A stretch of 20,859 nt of DNA from Candidatus Thermofontivivens primus (GCA_031458695.1 JAVKJW010000036.1:1-20859), one strand, 5' to 3'. Positions 1 to 8,294 are shown, counted from the stretch's first letter. Notes: a model not told the origin generated them from the letters alone. A program made the numbers and translations.

Positions 1-11
1 TAATTGCGTAA
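1..11 (+). CDS. possible last codons of the upstream gene (fliG expected by synteny), partial
   Basis: Frame 3 reads ..TA ATT GCG TAA (hydrophobic-Ile-Ala-stop), compatible with the hydrophobic end of FliG, and fliG normally precedes fliH. Only 11 nt are visible. Confidence 0.25.
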
Positions 12-75
12 GTTCTCCGGCTTTAGGAGCTTGGGGGAGGGGACCAAAGGCTATTTCGTAGGCGGTGAGAGGACC

Positions 76-783
76 ATGGCCGGAAAGGTGATCAAGCATG
101 CGAAAATCGAGCGGAGGCCTTTCAGTGTCATCCCGCCCGAAGTCCCAGAGGATCTCCTGGATGCAGATCCACTGACACAGCCAGATCTCTCCACGGAAGA
201 TGTAGAGGAAGAGGCGGAACGCGTCCTCATCGCAGCGCGCGTCGAGGCCCAGAAGATTTTGGAAGCAGCGAAGAAACAAGCACGCGCGCTGGAGGAGGGT
301 GCACGGAGGGCGGGGAGGGAAGAGGGGCTTCGTGCAGGGCGGGAAGAAGCCAGGGCAGAGGTGGAAAGGGCTTTACAGCTCCTCACCGCGCTCGCAGAGA
401 GGGTTGAGCAGGAGCGGTTCCAGTTTTTGGAGAGGATCCGCCTGCTCCTCCCGGACCTGGCTGTGGCAATTGCCAAGCGGGTGATCCAGCACGAGATCTC
501 CGTGGATCGCACGTTTATTGTGAAAGTCGTCGAAGACGCATTACGCCAGGTTTCAGGACACGAGCGCATTGTCCTGTACGTAAACCCGGAGGACTTGGCG
601 GCGGTCGAGGCCTTCCGTCCCGAGTGGACCGCAGCGTGCAGTGGGGTAGTGACCGTTCTCGCCGACCCCTCCATCGAACCAGGGGGGTGCCTGGTGGAAA
701 GCCCGGAGGGTCTCGTGGACGCCCGCGTGGCCACAAAACTCGAAGAGATCCATGAACGCCTCCGCGAGGTTATCCGCAATTAA
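76..783 (+). CDS. fliH: flagellar assembly protein FliH (235 aa)
   Basis: AxxxGxxxGxxxG repeats (ARRAGREEGLRAGREEA), C-terminal VNPED...ADPSIEPGGCLVES...VDAR; directly upstream of fliI. ATG at 76 with GAGG upstream is preferred over the TTG at 4. Confidence 0.93.
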   Translation: MAGKVIKHAKIERRPFSVIPPEVPEDLLDADPLTQPDLSTEDVEEEAERVLIAARVEAQKILEAAKKQARALEEGARRAGREEGLRAGREEARAEVERALQLLTALAERVEQERFQFLERIRLLLPDLAVAIAKRVIQHEISVDRTFIVKVVEDALRQVSGHERIVLYVNPEDLAAVEAFRPEWTAACSGVVTVLADPSIEPGGCLVESPEGLVDARVATKLEEIHERLREVIRN

Positions 784-872
784 GGTGGTCGTGTAGGGAG
801 ACCTGCTTGGGTATCCGGGATAAGGCAAGTGGAGAGACCACCCCTGTCTGTTCCATGTGAGGGAGGGTTGAT

Positions 873-2240
873 ATGGTTCCCCTCAAGGTCCGTCAGCCCG
901 TACCAGACGAGGGTTTTGCTCGCGATATCGAGCGCATGCGCCGTGCCCTGGATAGTCTCGATCCCAAGAGGCAGGTAGGAAAGGTTGTGGACGTCGTGGG
1001 CCTAGTGGTGGAGTCCTTCGGACCGAGCGCCAGGCTCCAGGACGCTTGCCTGATCCAGGATCGCGGGGGCTCCCGTAGGCTCTACGCGGAGGTCGTTGGT
1101 TTCCGGGAAGGCCGGGTGCTCCTTATGCCCCTTGGGACGCTCCAGGGAATAGGGCCTGGGAGCCTTGTTATGGCGACAAGACGTCCTCTTGGGGTGAAGG
1201 TGGGGGAGGCGCTTCTGGGGCGCATCCTTGACGGCCTAGGGGAACCTTTGGATGGAAGAGGGCCGGTTCCCGCGTCCGAGGAGTATCCGCTGGAAGCACC
1301 GCCTCCCCATCCATTGAGCCGCAGGAGGATCACCGAACCCCTTCCTGTCGGGATCAAGGCGATCGACGGCTTGCTCACCCTTGGGAGGGGGCAAAGGATT
1401 GGGATCTTCAGCGGGAGCGGTGTGGGTAAGAGCACGCTGCTTGGGATGATGGCTCGCCACAGCACCGCGGATGTCAACGTGATCGCTCTTGTGGGGGAGC
1501 GTGGGAGAGAGGTCCGGGAGTTCATTGAGAGGGATCTTGGGGAAGGACTCCGACGGTCTGTGGTTGTCGTGGCCACTTCCGACCAGCCCCCCTTGATCCG
1601 GGTGAAGGCAGCGATGACTGCAACGGCGGTAGCCGAGTATTTCCGTGATCAAGGGCGAGATGTTCTTCTCGTCATGGATTCCATCACCCGGTTCGCTATG
1701 GCCCAGCGGGAGATCGGTTTGGCTGTTGGCGAGCCTCCGACTACGAGGGGCTATACACCCTCGGTCTTCGCTCTCTTGCCGCGCCTCTTGGAACGTGCGG
1801 GGACGGCCCAGCGAGGAAGCATCACCGGGATCTACACCGTCCTGGTGGAGGGGGACGACATGAACGAGCCCATTGCCGATGCCGCACGGAGCATCCTGGA
1901 CGGTCACATCGTCCTCTCCCGGGACTTGGCCAACCGTGGCCATTACCCGCCAGTGGACGTTCTGGCAAGCGTCAGCCGACTCATGACCGAGATCACTACG
2001 AGTGAGCACCAGCGCCTAGCAATGCGGTTCCGCTCGGTCCTTAGCGCCTATACCCAGGCGGAAGATCTCATCAATATCGGGGCATACGTCCACGGCAGCA
2101 ACCCGCGCATCGACGAAGCCCTTGCGCTCATTGACCGGATCCGTGCTTTCCTCCGGCAGGGGAGCGAAGAGAAGGTGACATTCGAAGAAACCTTGGCAGA
2201 GCTTAGCGCCATCTTCGGCGAAGGGGTTGGCGGGGGATGA
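873..2240 (+). CDS. fliI: flagellar export ATPase FliI
   Basis: Walker A GSGVGKS, GERGREV, Walker B LLVMDSITRFA, GEPPTTRGY, ILDGHIVLSR; SD GGGAGG upstream. Confidence 0.98.
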   Translation: MVPLKVRQPVPDEGFARDIERMRRALDSLDPKRQVGKVVDVVGLVVESFGPSARLQDACLIQDRGGSRRLYAEVVGFREGRVLLMPLGTLQGIGPGSLVMATRRPLGVKVGEALLGRILDGLGEPLDGRGPVPASEEYPLEAPPPHPLSRRRITEPLPVGIKAIDGLLTLGRGQRIGIFSGSGVGKSTLLGMMARHSTADVNVIALVGERGREVREFIERDLGEGLRRSVVVVATSDQPPLIRVKAAMTATAVAEYFRDQGRDVLLVMDSITRFAMAQREIGLAVGEPPTTRGYTPSVFALLPRLLERAGTAQRGSITGIYTVLVEGDDMNEPIADAARSILDGHIVLSRDLANRGHYPPVDVLASVSRLMTEITTSEHQRLAMRFRSVLSAYTQAEDLINIGAYVHGSNPRIDEALALIDRIRAFLRQGSEEKVTFEETLAELSAIFGEGVGGG

Positions 2241-2280
2241 TGGTGCTGATGCGTGAGCTCACCCGAGGTGGAAGGGTACC

Positions 2281-2730
2281 GTGAAGCGCTTCCAATTCCC
2301 TCTGCAAACCCTCCTGGATGTGCGATCCCGGCGGGAAGAGTTGTGTGCGCAGCGCCTAGCAGAAGCGCAACGCCTTGTGCGCGAACAAGAACGCCTAGTT
2401 CAAGAGCTGCGGACCATCTTTGCCGAAGGAAGGCTGGCGTTACGTCGAGCCCTCGAAGAGGGGGCAGGGGTGGAAGAGATCCTGTTGCATCTTGAGCATA
2501 TCCAGCGGTTGGAGGTCCACCTCGCCAGGGCGGAGGCGTGCCTCTTGGAGCTCAAGGCAAAGGAAGAAGAGACGCGCAAGGAGTTCCTGGAGGCACGGCG
2601 AGCAAGGCGGGTCGTTGAACGTCTCCGGGAACGGCGGTGGGCTTCTTACCTCCAGGAGGTTCACCGGGAGGAAGGCAAGTTCCTTGACGAGGTCGCCATT
2701 GCGGCCAAGAACAGGGAGCTGGAAGGATAA
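2281..2730 (+). CDS. fliJ: flagellar export protein FliJ
   Basis: 149 aa coiled coil beginning MKRFQFPLQTLL and ending EGKFLDEVA (typical FliJ ends); follows fliI. Confidence 0.92.
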   Translation: MKRFQFPLQTLLDVRSRREELCAQRLAEAQRLVREQERLVQELRTIFAEGRLALRRALEEGAGVEEILLHLEHIQRLEVHLARAEACLLELKAKEEETRKEFLEARRARRVVERLRERRWASYLQEVHREEGKFLDEVAIAAKNRELEG

Positions 2731-3296
2731 TGGTGCGGGGGCTGGTGGAGGTTCTTACACGCATCTGGCAGATCGAGGGGAGGTTCCGGCCCTTTGGCCT
2801 GAATCCTCGCGTAGAGCCTTGGGTAAGTGGGTCCAGCGCGGAAGAGAGACCTCAAGAAAGTTTTTTGCCCGAGCTTAGGAGAGCCCTTGAGATCCGGCCA
2901 ACCCACGCGAAGATTCGGGAAATCGCAGTGAGGATAGCGCAGGAAGAGGGGGTCGATCCTGCATTGGTCCTCGCAGTGATCCAGGCGGAGTCAGGGTTCC
3001 GCGTCGATGCCACCTCTTTCGCTGGGGCCATGGGGCTTATGCAGCTCATGCCGGAAACCGCGAGAGCCCTTGGTGTGAAGAATCCTTACGACCCCGAGGC
3101 GAACATTCGGGGAGGAGTGCGATACTTGGCTCAGTTGATTGCCCGGTTTGGGCGGGTCGATCTTGCCCTTGCCGCCTACAACGCTGGCCCCGGGGCAGTG
3201 GAACGATTTGGGGAGATCCCGCCTTTCCCCGAAACCCGGGCTTTCGTGGCACGGGTCTTGCAAGCATGGAGGGCAGATGGAGGTGTAGGCCCATGA
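2730..3296 (+). CDS. SLT-domain lytic transglycosylase, flagellum-associated
   Basis: Catalytic motif VIQAESGF, GAMGLMQLMP, AAYNAG, ETRAFV; start overlaps the fliJ stop (TAATG) and stop overlaps the fliK start (ATGA). Confidence 0.93.
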   Translation: MVRGLVEVLTRIWQIEGRFRPFGLNPRVEPWVSGSSAEERPQESFLPELRRALEIRPTHAKIREIAVRIAQEEGVDPALVLAVIQAESGFRVDATSFAGAMGLMQLMPETARALGVKNPYDPEANIRGGVRYLAQLIARFGRVDLALAAYNAGPGAVERFGEIPPFPETRAFVARVLQAWRADGGVGP

Positions 3297-5194
3297 CGAT
3301 CGGCGGGATCCTCCTCCTGCCGCTCGACGGTGCAATCAAGGTAGAGCCCGCGTCAGGGGATCCTGGGCTTGTGGAGACAAGCATGACCCCTGTGCCACAA
3401 CCCGCTGAGCCCAAGCCTCAGGATGAGGGCCCTGTGCTGGATTCTTTCTTGCAGGCACTCCTTGCCATATCCGCGCATCTCGTGAGCTCGGGGGTTGTCC
3501 AAGAGCCGTTCTCCTCAACAGTGGATTCGACCCCTCCGGCTCTTTCGAGCACCGAGCCTGGGGCCCCCTCCGCAGAAAATGCCGTCCGCCGAAGAGAGAA
3601 CGGATCTGTGATTCCGATGGACAAACCTGCACCTGTGTTTGTGGAGAATGCCAATCGAGCAACCCCTGGAGTGCGTAGTGAGGAGTCTCCCGTTCATGTG
3701 CATATCCCCTTCGTGCAGACGGCAAGAGGTGCAGGGGAGAGAGGGACGATCTGGGATCACCCCGTGGTAAGCGCACTACCAGATCCACGACAACCTAACC
3801 TTCCTGATGTGCAGGCGACTCCTGAGTTGGCCTTCCCTGTGGAAGGAGAGGGACAGATCTTTCTGATTTCCCAGCCGCTCTCCTCATCACCAGAAAGCAT
3901 GGAGACCCTTATGGAGGAGGTACGGGATGAGCCGACGGCGCCAGCCGTCGATGGACAGATGGTCTCGTACGGGCGCGAGAAAGTAAAAGTAGAGGATCCT
4001 GATGCGGGAACCGACTCCGTCCGCCGGACATCTCTTTCTTCCCTCGCTCGGGGAACTGTGCTGTTCGAGGTTGTCTCGAGAAATCGAGCAGGCTGGATGG
4101 AAGAGTCGCACATGCCTAGCGAAGAGGAAGGAATCATCCCGGACCAGTCTCTTGTGCCGTCGATACACAACGGTGCGCCAAGTGCTGCGCATCGTGTGGA
4201 GGCGCAGGAGAAGATCAGGATGAAAAGACAGGGAAGCCAACCTGATCACAGCACCCGCGGTTTTGAACAAGCTGGGGATCCTCCTGTGCAGGCAGGGTTG
4301 TCTCTCCAGGGCGGAATCGCTTCCAGGGTGAGTGCACCATCCATAGTGCCTCGGGGAGGGGAATCTTCGATGTTTCCTTCCGCCGTATCCTATTTACCTG
4401 AGCAAGGTGGGGAGACCGCGCAGGAAGGAGGGACCCACCATCTCTCTCGCTTCCCTCCTGTAGCAGAGGATCAGGAGTACACGTTGCGCCCTGCGCTGGA
4501 AATCCCAGGGATGTCCCCCGGAAGAACACCGTCAGAAGCGTTCCTAACCCCACCAGGATCCCAAGGAATTCAGGCTGGAGGAGGTCAGGGGGACGATCGC
4601 TCCATCCTTCACGCCAACGTGGAGACCTTCCCTGGGAGCAAACCCGTAGAGCGGCAGGTCAAAGAAAAGGAGATTCTTCCAGCCAAGAGGCCCGGCGTGC
4701 ACTTGCAGGAAGGCGGTACCATGCCGCATGGAGGGAAAGTCATCCAGGGAGAGCGACAGATCCCTGCCGTGCACGCGAGAAGGGATGTGCCAGAAGTTCA
4801 CGAGTTCGTGAACTATGCGGCCCTCCGTAGCCGCGGGGAAAAGCTAGAGGTCTTCTTGCACCTTCAACCTCGTGACCTCGGCGAGGTCGAGATGCATGTT
4901 CAAGGGAAGCACAAGGAGATCTCAGCAGAGATCTTTGCCGACCGGCCCCTCACCGTGGATCTCGTCCAGGCAAGAGTACCTCACCTTCGCCAGTCCCTTG
5001 AGGAACAGGGGATCCATGTCCAGGCTTTTGAGGTCGCTCTCGCAGGCGGGCGGGAAGGAGGCCAGGGAGGAGGTTCTCACCATCAGACTCGAGACCAGGT
5101 GGCCCCATGGCTTACGTCGTTGGCCCCCGGGGGCGAAGAACGTGTAGCGGTCACGCCGTCCCGCCGGGATGGACGCATCGATCTGATTGTGTAG
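3293..5194 (+). CDS. fliK: flagellar hook-length control protein FliK (633 aa)
   Basis: Long Pro/Ser/Glu/Gln-rich N-terminal region and C-terminal Flg_hook-like domain (LHLQPRDLGEVEMHV...LRQSLEEQGIHV); precedes flgD. ATG at 3293 overlaps the previous stop. Confidence 0.88.
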   Translation: MTIGGILLLPLDGAIKVEPASGDPGLVETSMTPVPQPAEPKPQDEGPVLDSFLQALLAISAHLVSSGVVQEPFSSTVDSTPPALSSTEPGAPSAENAVRRRENGSVIPMDKPAPVFVENANRATPGVRSEESPVHVHIPFVQTARGAGERGTIWDHPVVSALPDPRQPNLPDVQATPELAFPVEGEGQIFLISQPLSSSPESMETLMEEVRDEPTAPAVDGQMVSYGREKVKVEDPDAGTDSVRRTSLSSLARGTVLFEVVSRNRAGWMEESHMPSEEEGIIPDQSLVPSIHNGAPSAAHRVEAQEKIRMKRQGSQPDHSTRGFEQAGDPPVQAGLSLQGGIASRVSAPSIVPRGGESSMFPSAVSYLPEQGGETAQEGGTHHLSRFPPVAEDQEYTLRPALEIPGMSPGRTPSEAFLTPPGSQGIQAGGGQGDDRSILHANVETFPGSKPVERQVKEKEILPAKRPGVHLQEGGTMPHGGKVIQGERQIPAVHARRDVPEVHEFVNYAALRSRGEKLEVFLHLQPRDLGEVEMHVQGKHKEISAEIFADRPLTVDLVQARVPHLRQSLEEQGIHVQAFEVALAGGREGGQGGGSHHQTRDQVAPWLTSLAPGGEERVAVTPSRRDGRIDLIV

Positions 5195-5268
5195 GGGGGA
5201 TCCGTGGTCCTCTTAGTGGTGAAAATAGAGGGGCTTGCTCCTACGGATGGTCACAGAGGAGGAAGGCG

Positions 5269-5664
5269 ATGATTAACGCGATTGACTCGGGTCGTACACA
5301 AGCAACGGAGGGGAGGAGCACGGTAGAACGGCTGGGGAAACAGGATTTCCTCAACCTCCTCTTGACCCAGCTCCGCTACCAGAATCCGCTCCGCCCCATG
5401 GAGGATACAGAGTTCATTGCCCAGCTGGCCCAGTTCACTGCTCTGGAGGAGCTGAAGAATGTGGGTGCAGGGCTCCAGCTGGTGCTAGCGCTCTCCCTTG
5501 TTGGCCGCACAGTCCAGGCAAGAATCCCCACCACCGAGAACGGCCTGACTGGGTACGAGGAGGTCCAAGGAAAGGTCGAGGGGATCCGTCTCTTAGGCAC
5601 GCAGCCGGTTCTCCTTATGAACGGGAAGGAGGTGCATCTTGACCATGTCACCCGAATCTCTTGA
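5269..5664 (+). CDS. flgD: flagellar hook capping protein FlgD, short form (131 aa)
   Basis: LGKQDFLNLLLTQLRYQNPLRPMEDTEFIAQLAQFTALE signature; SD GAGGAGG before ATG 5269. Confidence 0.95.
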   Translation: MINAIDSGRTQATEGRSTVERLGKQDFLNLLLTQLRYQNPLRPMEDTEFIAQLAQFTALEELKNVGAGLQLVLALSLVGRTVQARIPTTENGLTGYEEVQGKVEGIRLLGTQPVLLMNGKEVHLDHVTRIS

Positions 5665-5785
5665 GTCTATCGCGTTTTTGGGTTTGTTGAGTCGAGAGGC
5701 TCGGCGATCCAATGGACGCGATAACGAGATAACGAGATAGACGCAATGAACGCGATAGACCCGATCAACGCGATGGACGCCATAA
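5661..5785. repeat. inverted array of degenerate 8-9 bp tandem repeats (consensus approx. GAT[A/G][G/A]ACGC)
   Basis: Eight units at 5711-5780 (aatggacgc gataacga gataacga gatagacgc aatgaacgc gatagaccc gatcaacgc gatggacgc) and about 3.5 reverse-complement units at 5661-5693; perfect 12-bp inverted match 5665-5676 / 5749-5760. Confidence 0.85.
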
Positions 5786-5790
5786 GGAGG
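5783..5790 (+). promoter_or_regulatory. strong Shine-Dalgarno of flgE
   Basis: TAAGGAGG upstream of ATG 5802. Confidence 0.75.
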
Positions 5791-5801
5791 GAGATCAAGC
5801 C

Positions 5802-7022
5802 ATGATGCGCTCACTGTTTGCCGGTGTGTCCGGGTTGCGCATCCACCAGACGCGCATGGATGTCATCGGCAACAACATCGCCAACATCAACACCAACGGT
5901 TTCAAGGCCGGCCGGGTAACCTTCCAAGACGTTCTCAGCCAGACCATCCAGGGAGCGCGGGCCCCGGAGGCCGGGGGGAAGGGAGGTGTGAACCCCATGC
6001 AGGTTGGTCTCGGGGCTACCATCGGGAGCATCGACACATTGTTCGCTCAGGGTAACCTGCAGTCTACAGGGAAGGCGACGGATCTGGCGATCCAAGGAGA
6101 CGGGTTCTTCGTCCTGAGCGATGGCACAAGGGTCTACTACACCCGTGACGGGGCCTTCGATGTGAGCGCCGACGGCAGCTTGGTCCATGCGGGGACAGGG
6201 ATGCGGGTCCAGGGTTGGCAGGCCGACGCTAACGGGAATGTGGACACAACCCAGCCCCTTGGGAGCATCACGATTCCTCTAGGCCAGCAGATTTCCCCCA
6301 AGGCCACGACAACCGCTTCCTTCGCCGGGAACCTGAACGCCACTGCAGGAGTCGGTGATGCTTGGTCCACGACCATCACAGTTTTTGACAGCTTGGGGAA
6401 TTCCCACGATGTGACGGTGATCTTCACCAAGACAGCGACCGCCAATACATGGGATTGGGCTGCTTCGGTATCGGGCGTCGGGACCGTCGGGAATGGCCAG
6501 ATCGTGTTTACAACCTCCGGCGCCTTCTCCAGCTCTACAGGCGGTCCCATCACCTGGACCCCTAGCGGTGCAGCCCCCCTCACTATCACCCCTAGTTTTT
6601 CGGCGATTACTCAGTACTCGGGTGCTTCTACTGTGGGGCCAAGTGGACAGGACGGCTACGCCACTGGGTCGCTGGACTCCTTCAACATTAACAGTGCAGG
6701 GATCATTACAGGCGTCTACTCCAACGGCCGCAACTTGACCCTCGGGCAGATTGCCACAGCGCGGTTTGCTAACCCGGGAGGTCTGATGAAGGCTGGGAGC
6801 AACCTCTACCAGGAATCGCCCAACTCCGGCGTGCCACAAGTGGGGATGCCCGATAGCGGCGGCCGAGGCCCGATCTTCACCGGAGCCCTGGAGATGTCCA
6901 ACGTGGACCTGGCCCAGGAGTTCACCAACATGATCATCGCTCAGCGGGGATTCCAGGCGAACTCCAGGATTATCACTACTGCCGATGAGATGCTCCAGGA
7001 TATGATCGCGCTGCGGCGATAG
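5802..7022 (+). CDS. flgE: flagellar hook protein FlgE
   Basis: MMRSLFAGVSGL...IGNNIANINTNGFK, DLAIQGDGFF, YTRDGAF, LEMSNVDLAQEFTNMIIAQRGFQANSR; 406 aa with a central insertion domain. Confidence 0.97.
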   Translation: MMRSLFAGVSGLRIHQTRMDVIGNNIANINTNGFKAGRVTFQDVLSQTIQGARAPEAGGKGGVNPMQVGLGATIGSIDTLFAQGNLQSTGKATDLAIQGDGFFVLSDGTRVYYTRDGAFDVSADGSLVHAGTGMRVQGWQADANGNVDTTQPLGSITIPLGQQISPKATTTASFAGNLNATAGVGDAWSTTITVFDSLGNSHDVTVIFTKTATANTWDWAASVSGVGTVGNGQIVFTTSGAFSSSTGGPITWTPSGAAPLTITPSFSAITQYSGASTVGPSGQDGYATGSLDSFNINSAGIITGVYSNGRNLTLGQIATARFANPGGLMKAGSNLYQESPNSGVPQVGMPDSGGRGPIFTGALEMSNVDLAQEFTNMIIAQRGFQANSRIITTADEMLQDMIALRR

Positions 7023-7030
7023 TGAGGTGA

Positions 7031-7059
7031 TGTAGGGGCGAGATATCCCTAGCCCTACA
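7031..7059. repeat. degenerate GTAG-type REP-like palindrome
   Basis: TGTAGGGGCGAGATATCCCTAGCCCTACA: TGTAGGG/CCCTACA arms with an imperfect inner stem, 8 nt after the flgE stop. Confidence 0.55.
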
Positions 7060-7105
7060 CGGGGTACATGGCCATAAAGCCAATTTCTGGCGGAGGAAAG
7101 ATACG

Positions 7106-7339
7106 ATGATCAAACTCACCCGGTTGAACGGGTCGGAAATTGTGATCAACGCGGAGTTGATCGAGACCATCGAGGCTACTCCGGACACGGTGATCTCCCT
7201 CACCACGGGTAAGAAGTTCGTGGTTCACGAGCCTGTGAATGAAGTCATCGAGCAGGCAGTTGCTTACTATACGCGCACGCGGGGAGGTGGCAACCGGCGC
7301 CGTCGACCCGCTACCCGGGTGGACGGGCCGGAGCAATAG
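7106..7339 (+). CDS. flbD: flagellar FlbD/SwrD family protein
   Basis: MIKLTRLNG...INAELIETIEATPDTVISLTTGKKFVV signature; between flgE and motA; SD GGAGG. Confidence 0.95.
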   Translation: MIKLTRLNGSEIVINAELIETIEATPDTVISLTTGKKFVVHEPVNEVIEQAVAYYTRTRGGGNRRRRPATRVDGPEQ

Positions 7340-7343
7340 ATCA

Positions 7344-7380
7344 CAGTGAGAAAGTGACAACGTGAAGGCGTGACAAGTAA
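7344..7380 (+). repeat. short 8-bp-period degenerate tandem repeat (GTGA core)
   Basis: GTGA starts at 7346, 7354, 7362 and 7370; GTGACAA occurs twice. Confidence 0.5.
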
Positions 7381-7407
7381 GGTGGGCTTCAAGGAGCGTG
7401 TACAGTT

Positions 7408-8244
7408 GTGGACCTGGCGACGATCATCGGCTTGCTTCTGGCATGGGGAGCGCTAGGACTGGGCATTATCATCGAAGGGGGAGAGCTGGGGAGCTTCTTC
7501 AAGTTCTCCGCCGTCATCTTGGTCATTGGGGGTACCCTTGGGGCGACGGTGATCTCTTTCTCACTGAGCCAGATCCTCAGCCTCCCTAAGATCATGATGC
7601 GTGCCTTCCTCCAAAAGCAGCTCCACGTCACCGAAGCGATGAACCTGCTTATTGCTTTTGCCGAGAAGGCCAGGCGGGAAGGTTTGCTTGCCCTGGAAGA
7701 TGAGCTAGAGAAGGTGGCCGATCCCTTCCTTGCCAAGGGGGTCAGGCTCGTCGTGGACGGTACTGATCCTGCCCTCGTCCGGGACATCCTGGAGACCGAG
7801 CTCTCTTTCCTGGAGGAGCGCCACAAGCTCGGGGAGAGCATCTTCACGACCATGGGAGGATTCGCACCTACCCTCGGCATCATCGGGACCGTGGCTGGAC
7901 TCGTCCACATGCTCTCCCAGCTCGACGATCCAAGTAAGATGGGTCCGGCGATCGCCGCGGCGTTCATGGCGACATTCTACGGTGTCTCGGTGGCCAACTT
8001 GGTCTTCCTGCCCATCGCCAACAAACTCAAGATTCGCAGTGCCGAGGAGGTCCTGCTGCGCCAGGTGATCATCGAGGGCGTTCTCTCCATTCAAGCGGGA
8101 GACAACCCGCGAATCCTTGAGGAGAAGCTCCGTTCGTTCCTGCCACCGGCATTGCGCGCGGCAGTCGGCAGGCAGGCAGCGCGTGTCGGAGAAGGACCGC
8201 AAGTTGCAGCGGAGGAGACACTGCAGCGGACGGGGACACGGTAG
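7408..8244 (+). CDS. motA: flagellar stator A subunit
   Basis: MDLATIIG start, ARREGLLALE (conserved Arg and Glu), APTLGIIGTVAGL, ATFYG, IQAGDNPR; SD AAGGAG. Confidence 0.97.
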   Translation: MDLATIIGLLLAWGALGLGIIIEGGELGSFFKFSAVILVIGGTLGATVISFSLSQILSLPKIMMRAFLQKQLHVTEAMNLLIAFAEKARREGLLALEDELEKVADPFLAKGVRLVVDGTDPALVRDILETELSFLEERHKLGESIFTTMGGFAPTLGIIGTVAGLVHMLSQLDDPSKMGPAIAAAFMATFYGVSVANLVFLPIANKLKIRSAEEVLLRQVIIEGVLSIQAGDNPRILEEKLRSFLPPALRAAVGRQAARVGEGPQVAAEETLQRTGTR

Positions 8245-8294
8245 CCCGTGGTGCGATTCCCTGAGTTTGACCGTGTAGACTGCGGTTGACTGAG

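Noticed and set aside
4..75. N-terminal extensions in the ORF track (fliH from 4; likewise fliK 3266, flgD 5107, fliP 12142, fliQ 12977)
   Set aside because: Downstream starts give family-typical N-termini and lengths and, except for fliQ, have an SD or a stop/start overlap.
784..872. GGTGGTC...GACCACC stem in the fliH-fliI spacer as a terminator or riboswitch
   Set aside because: Short imperfect stems with no U-tract and no known aptamer motif; plausible by chance at this GC content.
5711..5780. Repeat array as a CRISPR
   Set aside because: Units are 8-9 bp, contiguous, have no spacers, and no cas genes are nearby.
7075..7097. Sigma-28 promoter (TAAAG...GCGGAGGA) before flbD
   Set aside because: The spacing is too short and the putative -10 is a poor match that coincides with the SD.
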